A stretch of DNA of 33,948 nucleotides from Candidatus Woesearchaeota archaeon (GCA_964358335.1 CAYHOW010000002.1:1-33948); one strand, 5' to 3'; shown: positions 16,478 to 26,110, numbered from the stretch's first letter. The notes: generated by a model from the letters alone, not told the origin. A program made the numbers and translations.

Positions 16478-17373
16478 AGAGAGCTAAACAAGACACAGGG
16501 AAAAGTATGCTTGAATTGTTTGATGAGCATGCGGATTTGTTTGATTCAAGTACCAAGGGTTTCACTCTGATAATAGATGTGTTGGAGTCTATCGTAAAGC
16601 AATTGAGGATAATGAGGGAAGTTTCGGATGAGCTTAATGCAGAATTAAGCGGATTTGATGAGGCAGGATTTACTAAGGAGGCTATGAAACGGATACTGCC
16701 TAGGACAGCCCACCTGCAAAAGGAGCTTAAAAAGATGCAGGGCATCGAGTTTAATATGATGCTATTTGCCCTGCCAGATAAAAAGGGCAGAAGATTTTAT
16801 GAGCTTGTTCACGAGCTTGAGGAGGCTGGAAAGCTGCCAGTGAGTGACCCTGCTAAAAAAGAGAGGATTGACAATGTGGCTAGTTCTCTAGAGCAATATA
16901 TTTCCGAAATAAAAGAGATGAGCAAGCCGTTTGTTCCTTCGGAGGTTAATCCAGACCAAACTATTATCTTTAAGGTTATGTTTAGGCATAGGAAGGGGAC
17001 ATGGAGAAATATAGAATTAAGGGCGGCAGACAGCCTGGAAGATTTGCATAATGCGATTCAGCAGGCCATGGGATGGGATAATGATCATTTATATTCTTTT
17101 TTTATGGATAATAAATTCAATGGAGGGGATTTTGATATGGAATATACTTGCCCATATGAGCCGGGAGGGAGGAAAACTGCTGACAAGGCACAATTGGGCA
17201 TGTTTGGATTTTCAAAAGCCCAGAAATTCGCCTACCTTTTTGATTTTGGAGATAATCATCAGTTTGAGATTGAGGTCTTGGATTTTGGCATTGCCGATGC
17301 TAGGAAGAAATATCCATTAATGTTAGAATCCAAGGGCAAAGCGCCAGAGCAGTATAGAGATTATGATGAATAA
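16474..17373 (+). CDS. Plasmid pRiA4b ORF-3 family (TnpR-like passenger) domain protein
   Basis: C-terminal WRNIEL...SLEDLHNAIQ.AMGWDNDHLYSF...YLFDFGDNH...YP.....GKAPEQY. Confidence 0.85.
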   Translation: MKRAKQDTGKSMLELFDEHADLFDSSTKGFTLIIDVLESIVKQLRIMREVSDELNAELSGFDEAGFTKEAMKRILPRTAHLQKELKKMQGIEFNMMLFALPDKKGRRFYELVHELEEAGKLPVSDPAKKERIDNVASSLEQYISEIKEMSKPFVPSEVNPDQTIIFKVMFRHRKGTWRNIELRAADSLEDLHNAIQQAMGWDNDHLYSFFMDNKFNGGDFDMEYTCPYEPGGRKTADKAQLGMFGFSKAQKFAYLFDFGDNHQFEIEVLDFGIADARKKYPLMLESKGKAPEQYRDYDE

Positions 17374-17385
17374 GGGCCTGATGAG

Positions 17386-17589
17386 ATGGCAAGAATAAAC
17401 TTCAAATGCAAAAGATGCAGTCATGAATTTGATTCTGTAACTGGCAAGATTACATTCGGGGTTAGATTAAGCTTTGAAAAGGATATAATCTGCCCCATAT
17501 GCGGAAAAAGGGGCGTGGATGATTTAGAGCTGACTGAGTTAGGGCAAACGCAGATATCCGAACTTTATTTTTTGGATGAAACAACCTGA
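17386..17589 (+). CDS. Small zinc-ribbon protein
   Basis: CKRC and CPIC pairs. Confidence 0.6.
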   Translation: MARINFKCKRCSHEFDSVTGKITFGVRLSFEKDIICPICGKRGVDDLELTELGQTQISELYFLDETT

Positions 17590-17600
17590 AAAACAGCCAC

Positions 17601-17612
17601 AACCTTTTTAAA
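17601..17612 (+). promoter_or_regulatory. Putative TATA box of valS
   Basis: aacc-tttttaaa ending 24 nt before ATG 17637. Confidence 0.45.
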
Positions 17613-17636
17613 TCCGATTAGTTCATACGTAATGCT

Positions 17637-20027
17637 ATGGAGTTGCCCCAGAACTACAATCCCAAGGCGTCAGAGCCCAAGTGGGAGAGCTACTGGAAAG
17701 AGAAGAAGGTATTCGAGTTCGATAGCGGGAAGAAGGGCGAACTGTTCACCATAGACACGCCTCCTCCGACAGTCTCTGGCAACATGCACATAGGGCATGC
17801 GTTCTCATATTCTCAGCAGGACTTCGTCGCGAGATACAAGAGGATGAAGGGTTTCAACGTGTATTACCCGTTCGGCACTGACGATAACGGCTTGCCTACT
17901 GAAAGATTGGTGGAAAAATTGAAGGGCGTCAAGTCCACGAGGATGGAGAGGCCGGAGTTCGTGGAACTGTGCAGGAAGACGATAAAGGAGATAAAGCCGG
18001 ACTTCATATTCGACTGGGTGAGGATAGGCTGCAGCTGCGACTTCTCGAAGCCGTATTCTACTATAGACGCCCATTGCGTCAGGACGTCGCAGAAATCTTT
18101 CGTTGACCTCTACAAGAAGAACTTATTATATAGGCGGGCGGCGCCGTCGATATGGTGCGTCAACTGCCAGACGGCGATAGCGCAGGCGGAATTGGAGGAC
18201 AAAGATTTGCCATCATCTTTCAGCGACGTCACGTTCAAGATTAAAAATGGAGACAACATAACTATAGCCACGACAAGGCCTGAATTATTGCCTGCATGCG
18301 TATGCGTCTTCGTCCATCCCGACGACAAGAGGTACAGGAAGCTTGTGGGCAAGAATGCCATAGTTCCTTTGTTTAATCAAGAGGTGGAGATATTCGCCGA
18401 CGCTTCTGCTGACCCAGAGAAGGGCTCAGGCATCCTGATGATATGCTCTTACGGCGACAGGTTTGATGTAGATGCGATAAACCGAAAGAAGCTTGAGCCG
18501 AGGATATGCATCACCAAGGACGGCAAGATGAACGATTACGCCAAGCACTTTGCGGGCCTCTCAATAAAGGATGCGAGGAAGGCCATCCTAGAAGAATTAG
18601 AGGCTAAAGGTTTGCTTACAGCAAAGAAGCAGATAAGCCACGTCGTCAATGTCCACGACAAGTGCGGCACCGAGATAGAGTTCCTTGCGGCAGAGCAGTG
18701 GTTCATCAAGGTGATGGACAATAAGGAGAAGTTCCTCGAAGCAGGGAATAAAATAAAGTGGCACCCCGAGACAATGAAGCCAAGGTACGACCACTGGGTC
18801 GAGAACCTGAACTGGGACTGGTGCATATCGAGGCAGAGGCATTTCGGCGTCCCGTTCCCCGTCTGGTACTCGAAGAAGGACGGCTCGATAATAGTCGCGG
18901 ACGAGAGCCAGCTCCCTGTGGACCCGTTAGTGGATGTCCCTAAGGGATACAAGAGAGGGGATGTCATCGCGGAGAAGGATGTGCTGGACACATGGATGAC
19001 GAGCAGCGTAAGCCCCCAGATAATCCTGAACTGGGCAGAAGACAAAGGTTACAATTTGGATTTCAGGAAGATGTACCCTATGTCGTTGAGGCCGCAGGCC
19101 CATGACATAATCAGGACGTGGGCGTTCTACACCATAGTCAAGGGCATCTATCACAACAACGATGTCCCGTGGAAAGAGATTCTTATTTCAGGAAATGTCT
19201 CAGACCCCAAGGGCGAGAAGATGTCGAAGTCGAAAGGCAACGTAGTATACCCGAGGGCAGTAATAGACAAGTACTCTGCAGACGCTTTGAGGTTCTGGGC
19301 TGCAGGATCTAAATTGGGCGAGGACTTGGCTTACTTGGAGAAGGATTTGGTCACGGGCCAGAAGTTCGTCAACAAGCTGTGGAACGCATCGAAATTCTCG
19401 CTGATGCACATGGAAGACTACAAGCATCCCAAGAAGCATCCCAAATTGGAATCGTTCGACGCATGGATGATGTCCAAGCTGCAGAGGATCATCAAATCAG
19501 CCACGGAGAGCTTTGACGGCTACGAGTATTCGAAGTCGAAGCACGAGACGGACAAGTTCTTCTGGCAGGTGTTCTGCGACAATTACTTGGAGATATGCAA
19601 GGACAGGCTTTACAATCCAGGCGTCAGGGGGAAGGAAGGAAAATATTCTGCCCAGTACACCTTATACTTATCTTTGTTATCGATAATTAAATTGATGGCG
19701 CCGATAACCCCCCACATAACCGAGGAGATATACCAATTGTATTTCAGCAAGATTGACGGCGCAATTTCAGTTCACGTTTCTTCTTGGCCGGAATACGACC
19801 AGTCACTGGTTGACGATAATTCAGAGTCAATGGGCGACAAGCTGATAGACGTTATAGCTAAAGTAAGGAAATACAAGTCTGAGAGCCAGGCCTCCCTGAA
19901 GGAGCCGATCAAGGTCTTGACGCTGGATTTGGACGAGGATGATGTCAAGCCGTTCTTGGAGGACTTGAAAGCCGCCACCAAAGCCGAAACCGTTAAATTC
20001 GGGAAGCAGTTTGCTGTCCATTTTTAG
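17637..20027 (+). CDS. valS: Valine--tRNA ligase (archaeal type)
   Basis: IDTPPPTVSG, HIGH, TTRPELL, DWCISRQR, KMSKS. Confidence 0.97.
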   Translation: MELPQNYNPKASEPKWESYWKEKKVFEFDSGKKGELFTIDTPPPTVSGNMHIGHAFSYSQQDFVARYKRMKGFNVYYPFGTDDNGLPTERLVEKLKGVKSTRMERPEFVELCRKTIKEIKPDFIFDWVRIGCSCDFSKPYSTIDAHCVRTSQKSFVDLYKKNLLYRRAAPSIWCVNCQTAIAQAELEDKDLPSSFSDVTFKIKNGDNITIATTRPELLPACVCVFVHPDDKRYRKLVGKNAIVPLFNQEVEIFADASADPEKGSGILMICSYGDRFDVDAINRKKLEPRICITKDGKMNDYAKHFAGLSIKDARKAILEELEAKGLLTAKKQISHVVNVHDKCGTEIEFLAAEQWFIKVMDNKEKFLEAGNKIKWHPETMKPRYDHWVENLNWDWCISRQRHFGVPFPVWYSKKDGSIIVADESQLPVDPLVDVPKGYKRGDVIAEKDVLDTWMTSSVSPQIILNWAEDKGYNLDFRKMYPMSLRPQAHDIIRTWAFYTIVKGIYHNNDVPWKEILISGNVSDPKGEKMSKSKGNVVYPRAVIDKYSADALRFWAAGSKLGEDLAYLEKDLVTGQKFVNKLWNASKFSLMHMEDYKHPKKHPKLESFDAWMMSKLQRIIKSATESFDGYEYSKSKHETDKFFWQVFCDNYLEICKDRLYNPGVRGKEGKYSAQYTLYLSLLSIIKLMAPITPHITEEIYQLYFSKIDGAISVHVSSWPEYDQSLVDDNSESMGDKLIDVIAKVRKYKSESQASLKEPIKVLTLDLDEDDVKPFLEDLKAATKAETVKFGKQFAVHF

Positions 20028-20039
20028 GGGCGCAGTCCA
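20014..20039 (+). mobile_element. IS3-family-like terminal repeat remnant, copy 1 (overlaps valS stop)
   Basis: ctgtccatttttaggggcgcagtcca; 19/26 identical to 21105-21130; resembles ...GGGTGCAGT(T/C)CA ends recalled for IS150-group elements. Confidence 0.45.
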
Positions 20040-20132
20040 CTACAGACGCTACTTTAGCTTAACAAGTACTATGTTTCACAAAGTTAATATATATCCAATA
20101 TCAGAGATATAATATATTTGAGATGGTATAAT

Positions 20133-20378
20133 ATGGCAATAGCATCATGCCCTATGGCGAACGGATATTTGGGAATAGGAAATGGATGGATTTTCCAGCT
20201 AATAATACTTATTATATTCATCTTTGTAGTGTGGTGGTTATTTAAGAGTAATCCTTCTTTTTGGAAATGGGAAACCTACCAAGACGAGAGTGCTTCTAAA
20301 ATACTAAAGAGAAGGTTTGCGAAGGGTGAAATAACAAAAAAAGAGTACGAACAGCTAAAACAAGAGATTATGGAATAA
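20133..20378 (+). CDS. Small membrane protein with SHOCT domain
   Basis: One TM helix; ILKRRFAKGEITKKEYEQLK. Confidence 0.82.
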   Translation: MAIASCPMANGYLGIGNGWIFQLIILIIFIFVVWWLFKSNPSFWKWETYQDESASKILKRRFAKGEITKKEYEQLKQEIME

Positions 20379-20383
20379 TATTC

Positions 20384-20668
20384 ATGAAAAAAAACAAAAA
20401 TGTATGGATATTGATTTGCATTATAGTTGCAATGTTATTCTTATTCGGAAGTGGAGGATACGGGATGATGAGTTTTGGAATGGGATTCGGATTAATATTC
20501 ATGCTATTGTTTTGGGGCGCATTGATATGGTTAGTCATTAATCTTATCAGGTCATCACAGTATAGCCGAGAAAAAGATGAGTCTTTGACCATCCTGAAAA
20601 AGAGATACGCAGCAGGTGAAATCTCAAAGAAGCAATATGAGGAGATAAAGATAGGACTTAGCAGGTGA
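20384..20668 (+). CDS. Small membrane protein with SHOCT domain
   Basis: GYGMM motif, TM helices, ILKKRYAAGEISKKQYEEIK. Confidence 0.85.
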   Translation: MKKNKNVWILICIIVAMLFLFGSGGYGMMSFGMGFGLIFMLLFWGALIWLVINLIRSSQYSREKDESLTILKKRYAAGEISKKQYEEIKIGLSR

Positions 20669-20675
20669 AATAACT

Positions 20676-20999
20676 ATGAAAATAGGTATAGTCATTAGTA
20701 CAAATGAGGCCGAAGTGGTTTGGAATGCATTTAGATTTGGAGTTACTTCCTTGAAGGCGAATCATATGGTAAAGGTTTTTTTATTGAATAAAGGTGTCGA
20801 GATTGAAGATATTAAAGATGATAAATATAATGTGAAAGAACAAGTTGAAGCATTTATGCAGAACAAAGGACAATTACTAGCTTGTGGAACATGCTTAAAA
20901 TCAAGGCATAAAGATGGCAACAGCATTTGTCCAATTTCAACAATGCAAGATTTGTTAAAAATAGTGGAAGAGTCCGAAAGAATTCTGACGTTTGGGTAG
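20676..20999 (+). CDS. DsrE family protein
   Basis: WNAFRFG, VFLLNKGVE, ACGTCL, CPISTM. Confidence 0.88.
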   Translation: MKIGIVISTNEAEVVWNAFRFGVTSLKANHMVKVFLLNKGVEIEDIKDDKYNVKEQVEAFMQNKGQLLACGTCLKSRHKDGNSICPISTMQDLLKIVEESERILTFG

Positions 21000-21104
21000 C
21001 AATAGTCAGTGAAGTAGACAAGTTTGTAAGTAAAACTTACTCGCCTCGGCGAAATAAGACACCCAATGAGATGGAAGCGGAGGGTTTAAATATTCGTTAA
21101 CTTA

Positions 21105-21130
21105 CTGTCTAAAAAGAGGGGTGCAGTCCA
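21105..21130 (+). mobile_element. IS3-family-like terminal repeat remnant, copy 2
   Basis: ctgtctaaaaagaggggtgcagtcca. Confidence 0.45.
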
Positions 21131-21243
21131 AAAGGTTTATAGATGATACATAAAATACATATATAAAAATGGTATATTTGTAGGGATTTAAAATCCAATC
21201 AATTTCCAAATATCATATTTTACTGATAAAATAGGAACAGAAA

Positions 21244-22734
21244 ATGGCATTATCGACAAAAGACAGGCACAAGCTGAAGAAGTTTATAAGGACTTTGGAG
21301 GCCATAAGGGGAAGGCACACGGAGCTGGTTAGCGTGTACGTCCCTGCCGGATATGACATGAACAAGATAATAGGCCATCTGTCCCAGGAGCAGGGCACCG
21401 CCGAAAATATAAAGGACAAGACCACAAGGACCCATGTCATAGACTCATTGGAGAGGATGATAAGGCACTTGAGGCTGTTCAAGCAGACGCCGAAGAACGG
21501 CTTGGTCGCTTTTTCCGGCGACGCTTCTGACAAGGAAGGCAGGCCCGACATCCAGGTATGGAGCATCGAGCCTCCGGAGCCGATAAACATCAGGCTTTAC
21601 AGGTGCGACCAGACGTTCATACTCGACCATCTTAAATCCATGATGGATGTGAAGGAAGTCTATGGGCTGATAGTCGTCGACAGGAGGGAAGGCAACATAG
21701 GATACCTGAAGGGCACGCAGATACAGGAAGTCGCCTCTATGACTTCCGGCGTCCCCGGCAAGACAAGGGCCGGAGGCCAGTGCATGCATCCCGACACCGC
21801 CGTGACTTTGGCTGACGGCCAGTACGTGAGGATAGCCGAGCTGATGGAAGGCGACGACGTGATGAGCTACGATTTCGCTACCAAAGAGTTCGTGCCTTCT
21901 AAAGTCAAGAAGGTCTGGACGACTACTAAGGACAAGCTTTACACAATCAAGACATTGGAAGACGAGCTGCAGTGCTCGGCCGACCATATGCTATTCCTAT
22001 CTGACGGCATGGAAGTCGCCGCCGAGAATCTCAAGAAGGACATGCTTCTCATAGACGAGAACGGAAATCCGAAGAAAGTTGTTTCTGTGGCTGCCGAAGA
22101 CAGGCATCTTGATTTGGTAGACATAGAGGTGGAGAAGGGCAACTTCATTGCCGAAGGCATTGTCGTCCACAACAGCGCCCAGAGGTTTGCCAGGCTGAGG
22201 CAGGAAGCGGCGAAGGAGTTCTTCAGGAGGATCTCTGAGGTCGCGCAGAAGGAGTTCTTGGGCAAGAAGGAACTGAAGGGGATACTGCTTGGCGGGCCCG
22301 GGCCGACTAAGGAGATATACCTGGCGACAGGCGAGCTGAACAACGAACTGAAATTGAAAATCATAACCATCCAGGACCTTAGCTACACGGGCGAGTTCGG
22401 GCTGAGGGAACTGGTCGAGAAGAGCAGGGAGGCGTTGGCTAAGGAAGCGATAACTGAAGAGAAGGATATAATGGAGAAGTTCTTCAAGGGATTGGCCACA
22501 AGCTCGAACATGGTGGCGTACGGCAAGAAAGAGGTCGAGAAGGCTATGGAGCTGAAGGCTGTCGACTGCTTGCTTCTTTCTGAAGATTTGGATCCTGACT
22601 ATTCCGAGGCTATGGAAGCCAAGGCCGACGACATGGGCACTAAGGTCCAGATAATCTCCGTCGACACGCCTGAAGGCATGCAATTAAGAGATTTGGGTGG
22701 CATCGCCGCGTTCTTAAGGTATCCGCTGGAGTAG
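21244..22734 (+). CDS. prf1: Peptide chain release factor aRF1, intein-containing
   Basis: GRHTELVSVYVP, AENIKD (NIKS-like), YRCD, GGQ/SAQRFARLR, GGPGPTK, LGGIAAFLRY. Confidence 0.96.
   Translation: MALSTKDRHKLKKFIRTLEAIRGRHTELVSVYVPAGYDMNKIIGHLSQEQGTAENIKDKTTRTHVIDSLERMIRHLRLFKQTPKNGLVAFSGDASDKEGRPDIQVWSIEPPEPINIRLYRCDQTFILDHLKSMMDVKEVYGLIVVDRREGNIGYLKGTQIQEVASMTSGVPGKTRAGGQCMHPDTAVTLADGQYVRIAELMEGDDVMSYDFATKEFVPSKVKKVWTTTKDKLYTIKTLEDELQCSADHMLFLSDGMEVAAENLKKDMLLIDENGNPKKVVSVAAEDRHLDLVDIEVEKGNFIAEGIVVHNSAQRFARLRQEAAKEFFRRISEVAQKEFLGKKELKGILLGGPGPTKEIYLATGELNNELKLKIITIQDLSYTGEFGLRELVEKSREALAKEAITEEKDIMEKFFKGLATSSNMVAYGKKEVEKAMELKAVDCLLLSEDLDPDYSEAMEAKADDMGTKVQIISVDTPEGMQLRDLGGIAAFLRYPLE
21781..22173 (+). 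mobile_element. Mini-intein (131 aa, no homing endonuclease) inserted after GGQ
   Basis: Starts C(MHPDT), block B SADH, ends VDIEV...NFIAEGIVVHN followed by S+1; removal restores GGQSAQRF. Confidence 0.93.
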
Positions 22735-22825
22735 GCATTTTTCACTGAATAATTCTCCTGTTGGACTGGCATTTACATAATCCTGAATTATATTACTCTT
22801 TTTATACATTTATGCAAATAATATA

Positions 22826-22839
22826 GAAAGGTTTAAATA
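22826..22839 (+). promoter_or_regulatory. Putative BRE/TATA promoter
   Basis: gaaagg-tttaaata ending 22 nt before ATG 22862. Confidence 0.5.
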
Positions 22840-22861
22840 TTTATATAAAATAGGTAATACT

Positions 22862-23521
22862 ATGATAATATACAATCCGCACAATGAAAAGATAACGGCG
22901 GCAAGGGTAAGGATGGCGCAGGTTCTATTGGATGAAATCCCTGCCAAGTATTGTTTCATCACAGGCTCGTTCCTCTACAAGGAAAAATACAATGATATAG
23001 ATGTCTTTGTGGTGACAAGGTCAAGGAAGGATATAAGGATAAGCAACAAGAAGGCCAAGGTGACGGTGATAGACTTCAATGACCTCTATTCGCTGTTCTA
23101 CCATTCAGTCGCGAAAGGATGCATAGCGAAGAACATCCTGCCGATGAGGCCGCTCAAGGCCACGGTCTCGGATTATTGGCATGTTGTGAATGAGGCGGTC
23201 CCTACCATCCTCAACCAGAAAGACAAATACCATAAGGATGTCCGTTTCCTTGTCCTCTATACGGAATATTTCAGGACGGGAGACGTTCTGGACACTTATC
23301 AGCTGGACAGGAGGATAAAGGAGTTTAAGGATTACAATGATGTCTTAAGATATATCAATATGAACGTCCCAAGCCTGATAGGCAAGCAGAGGAAGAAGTC
23401 TTATCTCAAGAGGTTCTTTTACACCCAGGCGGGCTACTATAAGGATCTTCGTGGCTATTCCGCCCAAAGTTTTTTATATGACCTGGCTCATTCGGTAACA
23501 AAAGGTCTTGTGCATGGTTGA
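22862..23521 (+). CDS. Nucleotidyltransferase-like protein
   Basis: FITGSFLYKEKYNDIDVFV (GS...DxD). Confidence 0.7.
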   Translation: MIIYNPHNEKITAARVRMAQVLLDEIPAKYCFITGSFLYKEKYNDIDVFVVTRSRKDIRISNKKAKVTVIDFNDLYSLFYHSVAKGCIAKNILPMRPLKATVSDYWHVVNEAVPTILNQKDKYHKDVRFLVLYTEYFRTGDVLDTYQLDRRIKEFKDYNDVLRYINMNVPSLIGKQRKKSYLKRFFYTQAGYYKDLRGYSAQSFLYDLAHSVTKGLVHG

Positions 23522-23891
23522 TGCGGACGATTTCAAGGGCAGGATTGGAAAGCTAGTCTCGCAGGATTACAAAGTGGAATTTCTTGGCCGGAATTTTAAT
23601 CAGATTGTGGGCTTGCTTACGGATGCAAAGGCAGGGAAGATTTACATGTGGGTTGGGGATGTGGTGAAGAGCAATATCCAGCCGATTATAGTAGGTTCAA
23701 AAAAGCCATACAAGGAATGGAAAGTGAGCGAGCTTCTTACGTTCCGTTATCCTTTCAGCATAGGGAATGCTGATTACAGGATAATATTCGTGAAAGTAAA
23801 GAACTCTATCTACATCGAGTTCCATCTTGGAGACCACAAGTATTATGATAAGGTGAGAAAAGACCTTGACTTGAAGAGAAGCAATTACTAA
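23514..23891 (+). CDS. Small basic protein, possibly RelE-fold
   Basis: FRYPF..DYRIIF...EFHLGDHKYYD tail; start overlaps the upstream stop. Confidence 0.55.
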   Translation: MVDADDFKGRIGKLVSQDYKVEFLGRNFNQIVGLLTDAKAGKIYMWVGDVVKSNIQPIIVGSKKPYKEWKVSELLTFRYPFSIGNADYRIIFVKVKNSIYIEFHLGDHKYYDKVRKDLDLKRSNY

Positions 23892-24087
23892 AGCTGATTT
23901 GGTATGTTGGCACAACTAGGGGGTCTAGGCGGGATTGCTGCGTTCCGGATGTATCCTTTGGAGTGAGCGGTTGGATATGGATGTTTTTCTGGGATTTATT
24001 CCTTGATGAATCCGATACCCACAGCTTGCAGTGGTTGGGAGTTTCATTCATTGCAAAATTCTTTGTCAAAATAGATGTTAGATATGA

Positions 24088-24840
24088 TCAATTATCCTTA
24101 AACCACGCACTCCATCTACCTTCCAAATCATTGTAATCTAATAGAGTCCTGAATTGTATATAATTTTCCTGTCCATATTTTTTTTCATCTAACTTCAAGC
24201 CTACATGACTTAGTAATTCGACTTCATCTCCTAAGGGTATTCTTTTAGCAATTTCGTCTCTCAGCCAGTGAGTAGCTTCTTGCCAGAAACCTTCATTGTA
24301 ATAGATAAAACGGTCATTGTAAACTTTAACATCTGCACACATAATTCCGTCATGGACTGCTGTATGGAGATATCTGTAAAACTGAGATGGGACTATTAAA
24401 AAAGACCCATCTTCATTATCTATAATATCTGAGGGAAATACTATCTTATGCATATCTGATTTTTTTATTAACTTCCTTGCCAGAACTGTTATCTTGAACC
24501 TGAAACAAAGAAACTCTCCTGCACGTCTTGCTATTGTAAAGGCTATTTCTTCTTTATACCCGGATAAGCCAGCATCATTAATGGCTTTTTTGTATTCTTC
24601 TTCCTCTTCCCTAGATTCCCCAATAATCCTCTCAAGATCACTAGGTTCATATTTAGGTTCAAATAAATTTGCCGCAGAATCTACCACAGAATAAAGCCAA
24701 ATTAGTGGATGCATATACATATAATCATTCACTTGCCTCCAGAAATGTCTTTTTGGCTTTGGCGCATCATTCATAAACTGCGCGAGATTTTTTGCTACAT
24801 AGGTGCAAGTTAGCTTCCTCAGTCGGCTTGCAGCCTCCAC
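24088..24840 (-). CDS. Hypothetical protein (start uncertain; ATG near 24774 possible)
   Basis: 250-codon AT-rich ORF opposite to neighbours; no family recognised. Confidence 0.55.
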   Translation of the reverse strand: MEAASRLRKLTCTYVAKNLAQFMNDAPKPKRHFWRQVNDYMYMHPLIWLYSVVDSAANLFEPKYEPSDLERIIGESREEEEEYKKAINDAGLSGYKEEIAFTIARRAGEFLCFRFKITVLARKLIKKSDMHKIVFPSDIIDNEDGSFLIVPSQFYRYLHTAVHDGIMCADVKVYNDRFIYYNEGFWQEATHWLRDEIAKRIPLGDEVELLSHVGLKLDEKKYGQENYIQFRTLLDYNDLEGRWSAWFKDN

Positions 24841-25170
24841 ATATAACAGCGATTATGTCCAATAATATTTAGTGGTAATGAGTATGTCGCCAATCGTTAT
24901 TCTTTTAGGAAAATCTCTTAAAATGTAAACGAAAGAGAGGTCAAATGTTTCAGAAGAATTATATCACTCTTACTTTGGTCGCAGAAATTTGAAGATTCTC
25001 GTTAAAATCCCACGATTTTGATTTTGAGCAATTTCATCTTTTACTTTTTCCTATAAACTTTTCGATTCCTCCCTCAAAAGACCTGTTTCCTTCCACAACA
25101 GCCTTATTTTGCAGAGCCAAATTAGAGTAACATTTAAAAACCATAACGTCTGTTCTATATCCTGGGCAAA

Positions 25171-26100
25171 ATGAAGGAAATCAAGAACAAAATCGAGGCG
25201 ATACTGTTCACTACGGGCAGGTTCATGAACGTTGAGGAGATAGCCAAGCTCTGCGGAGTCGGCTCGATAGGCATCGTCCGTGACGCCTTAAAGGAACTCA
25301 TAGAGGATTACGTTAAGAAGGACTCCTCTTTGGAGATTCTGGAAGAGGTAGGCAGGTTCAAGCTTAATATCCGCAAGAAGTACGGCTACCTTACCACAAA
25401 CCTCCTGAACGACGCGGAGCTCGACAGGCCCACGCAGGAGACGCTGTCGATAATAGCCTACAAGCAGCCTATCCTGCAGTGCGACATAATCAAGATAAGG
25501 GGCTCTTCTGCTTACGATCATATAAAGATACTCAAGGACGAGGAGTTCATCACGTCTGAGCGTTACGGCAGGTCTAGGCTATTGAAGCTAGCGCCGAAAT
25601 TCTACGATTATTTTGACGTGGTGGAGGACCAGCTGCAGTCCAAGTTCAAGGAAGTTGAGGACAAGCTGGCGCAGACTGAGGAGATCCAGAAGAAGCTCAA
25701 GGATGAGCAGGAGAAGAAAGCTCAGGAGCCTGCGCAGGATAACGAGGGCATAGAAGATACTAAGGAGGAAGCTGTGAAAAAAGTAAGTGAAGGTCCTAAG
25801 GAAGAGGTTCATGGAGCCGAAGAGGTACGCGAGGAAGCTGTTGAGGAAGTGCGTGAAGAGGCCAAGCCTGAGGAGCAGCCCAAGGAAGAGGCCGCCAAGC
25901 GCGAGAAGAGAAAGAGGAAGAGCAAGGGAGATGAGGCGGCTGAGAGCGCGATAGAGCAGGCGATGATAGCCCTGGCGCAGCAGCGTCCTCCAAAAGAGAA
26001 CGACACTGAAAAGCAGCAGCCGATGGACGAGGATGGGGAGCCTATCCAAGAGGCTGAAGCTGATACCAAGACTCCCGAGGGCTCGATATCCTTTGACTAA
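25171..26100 (+). CDS. scpB: SMC-Scp complex subunit ScpB with long acidic C-terminal tail
   Basis: KIEAILF, ETLSIIAYKQPI.Q..IIKIRG..AYDHI..L, GRSRLL....FYDYF. Confidence 0.92.
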   Translation: MKEIKNKIEAILFTTGRFMNVEEIAKLCGVGSIGIVRDALKELIEDYVKKDSSLEILEEVGRFKLNIRKKYGYLTTNLLNDAELDRPTQETLSIIAYKQPILQCDIIKIRGSSAYDHIKILKDEEFITSERYGRSRLLKLAPKFYDYFDVVEDQLQSKFKEVEDKLAQTEEIQKKLKDEQEKKAQEPAQDNEGIEDTKEEAVKKVSEGPKEEVHGAEEVREEAVEEVREEAKPEEQPKEEAAKREKRKRKSKGDEAAESAIEQAMIALAQQRPPKENDTEKQQPMDEDGEPIQEAEADTKTPEGSISFD

Positions 26101-26110
26101 GGTCTGAAGC

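Noticed and set aside
23806-24069. Minus-strand 87-aa ORF
   Set aside because: Overlaps the plus-strand gene, atypical composition, no motif
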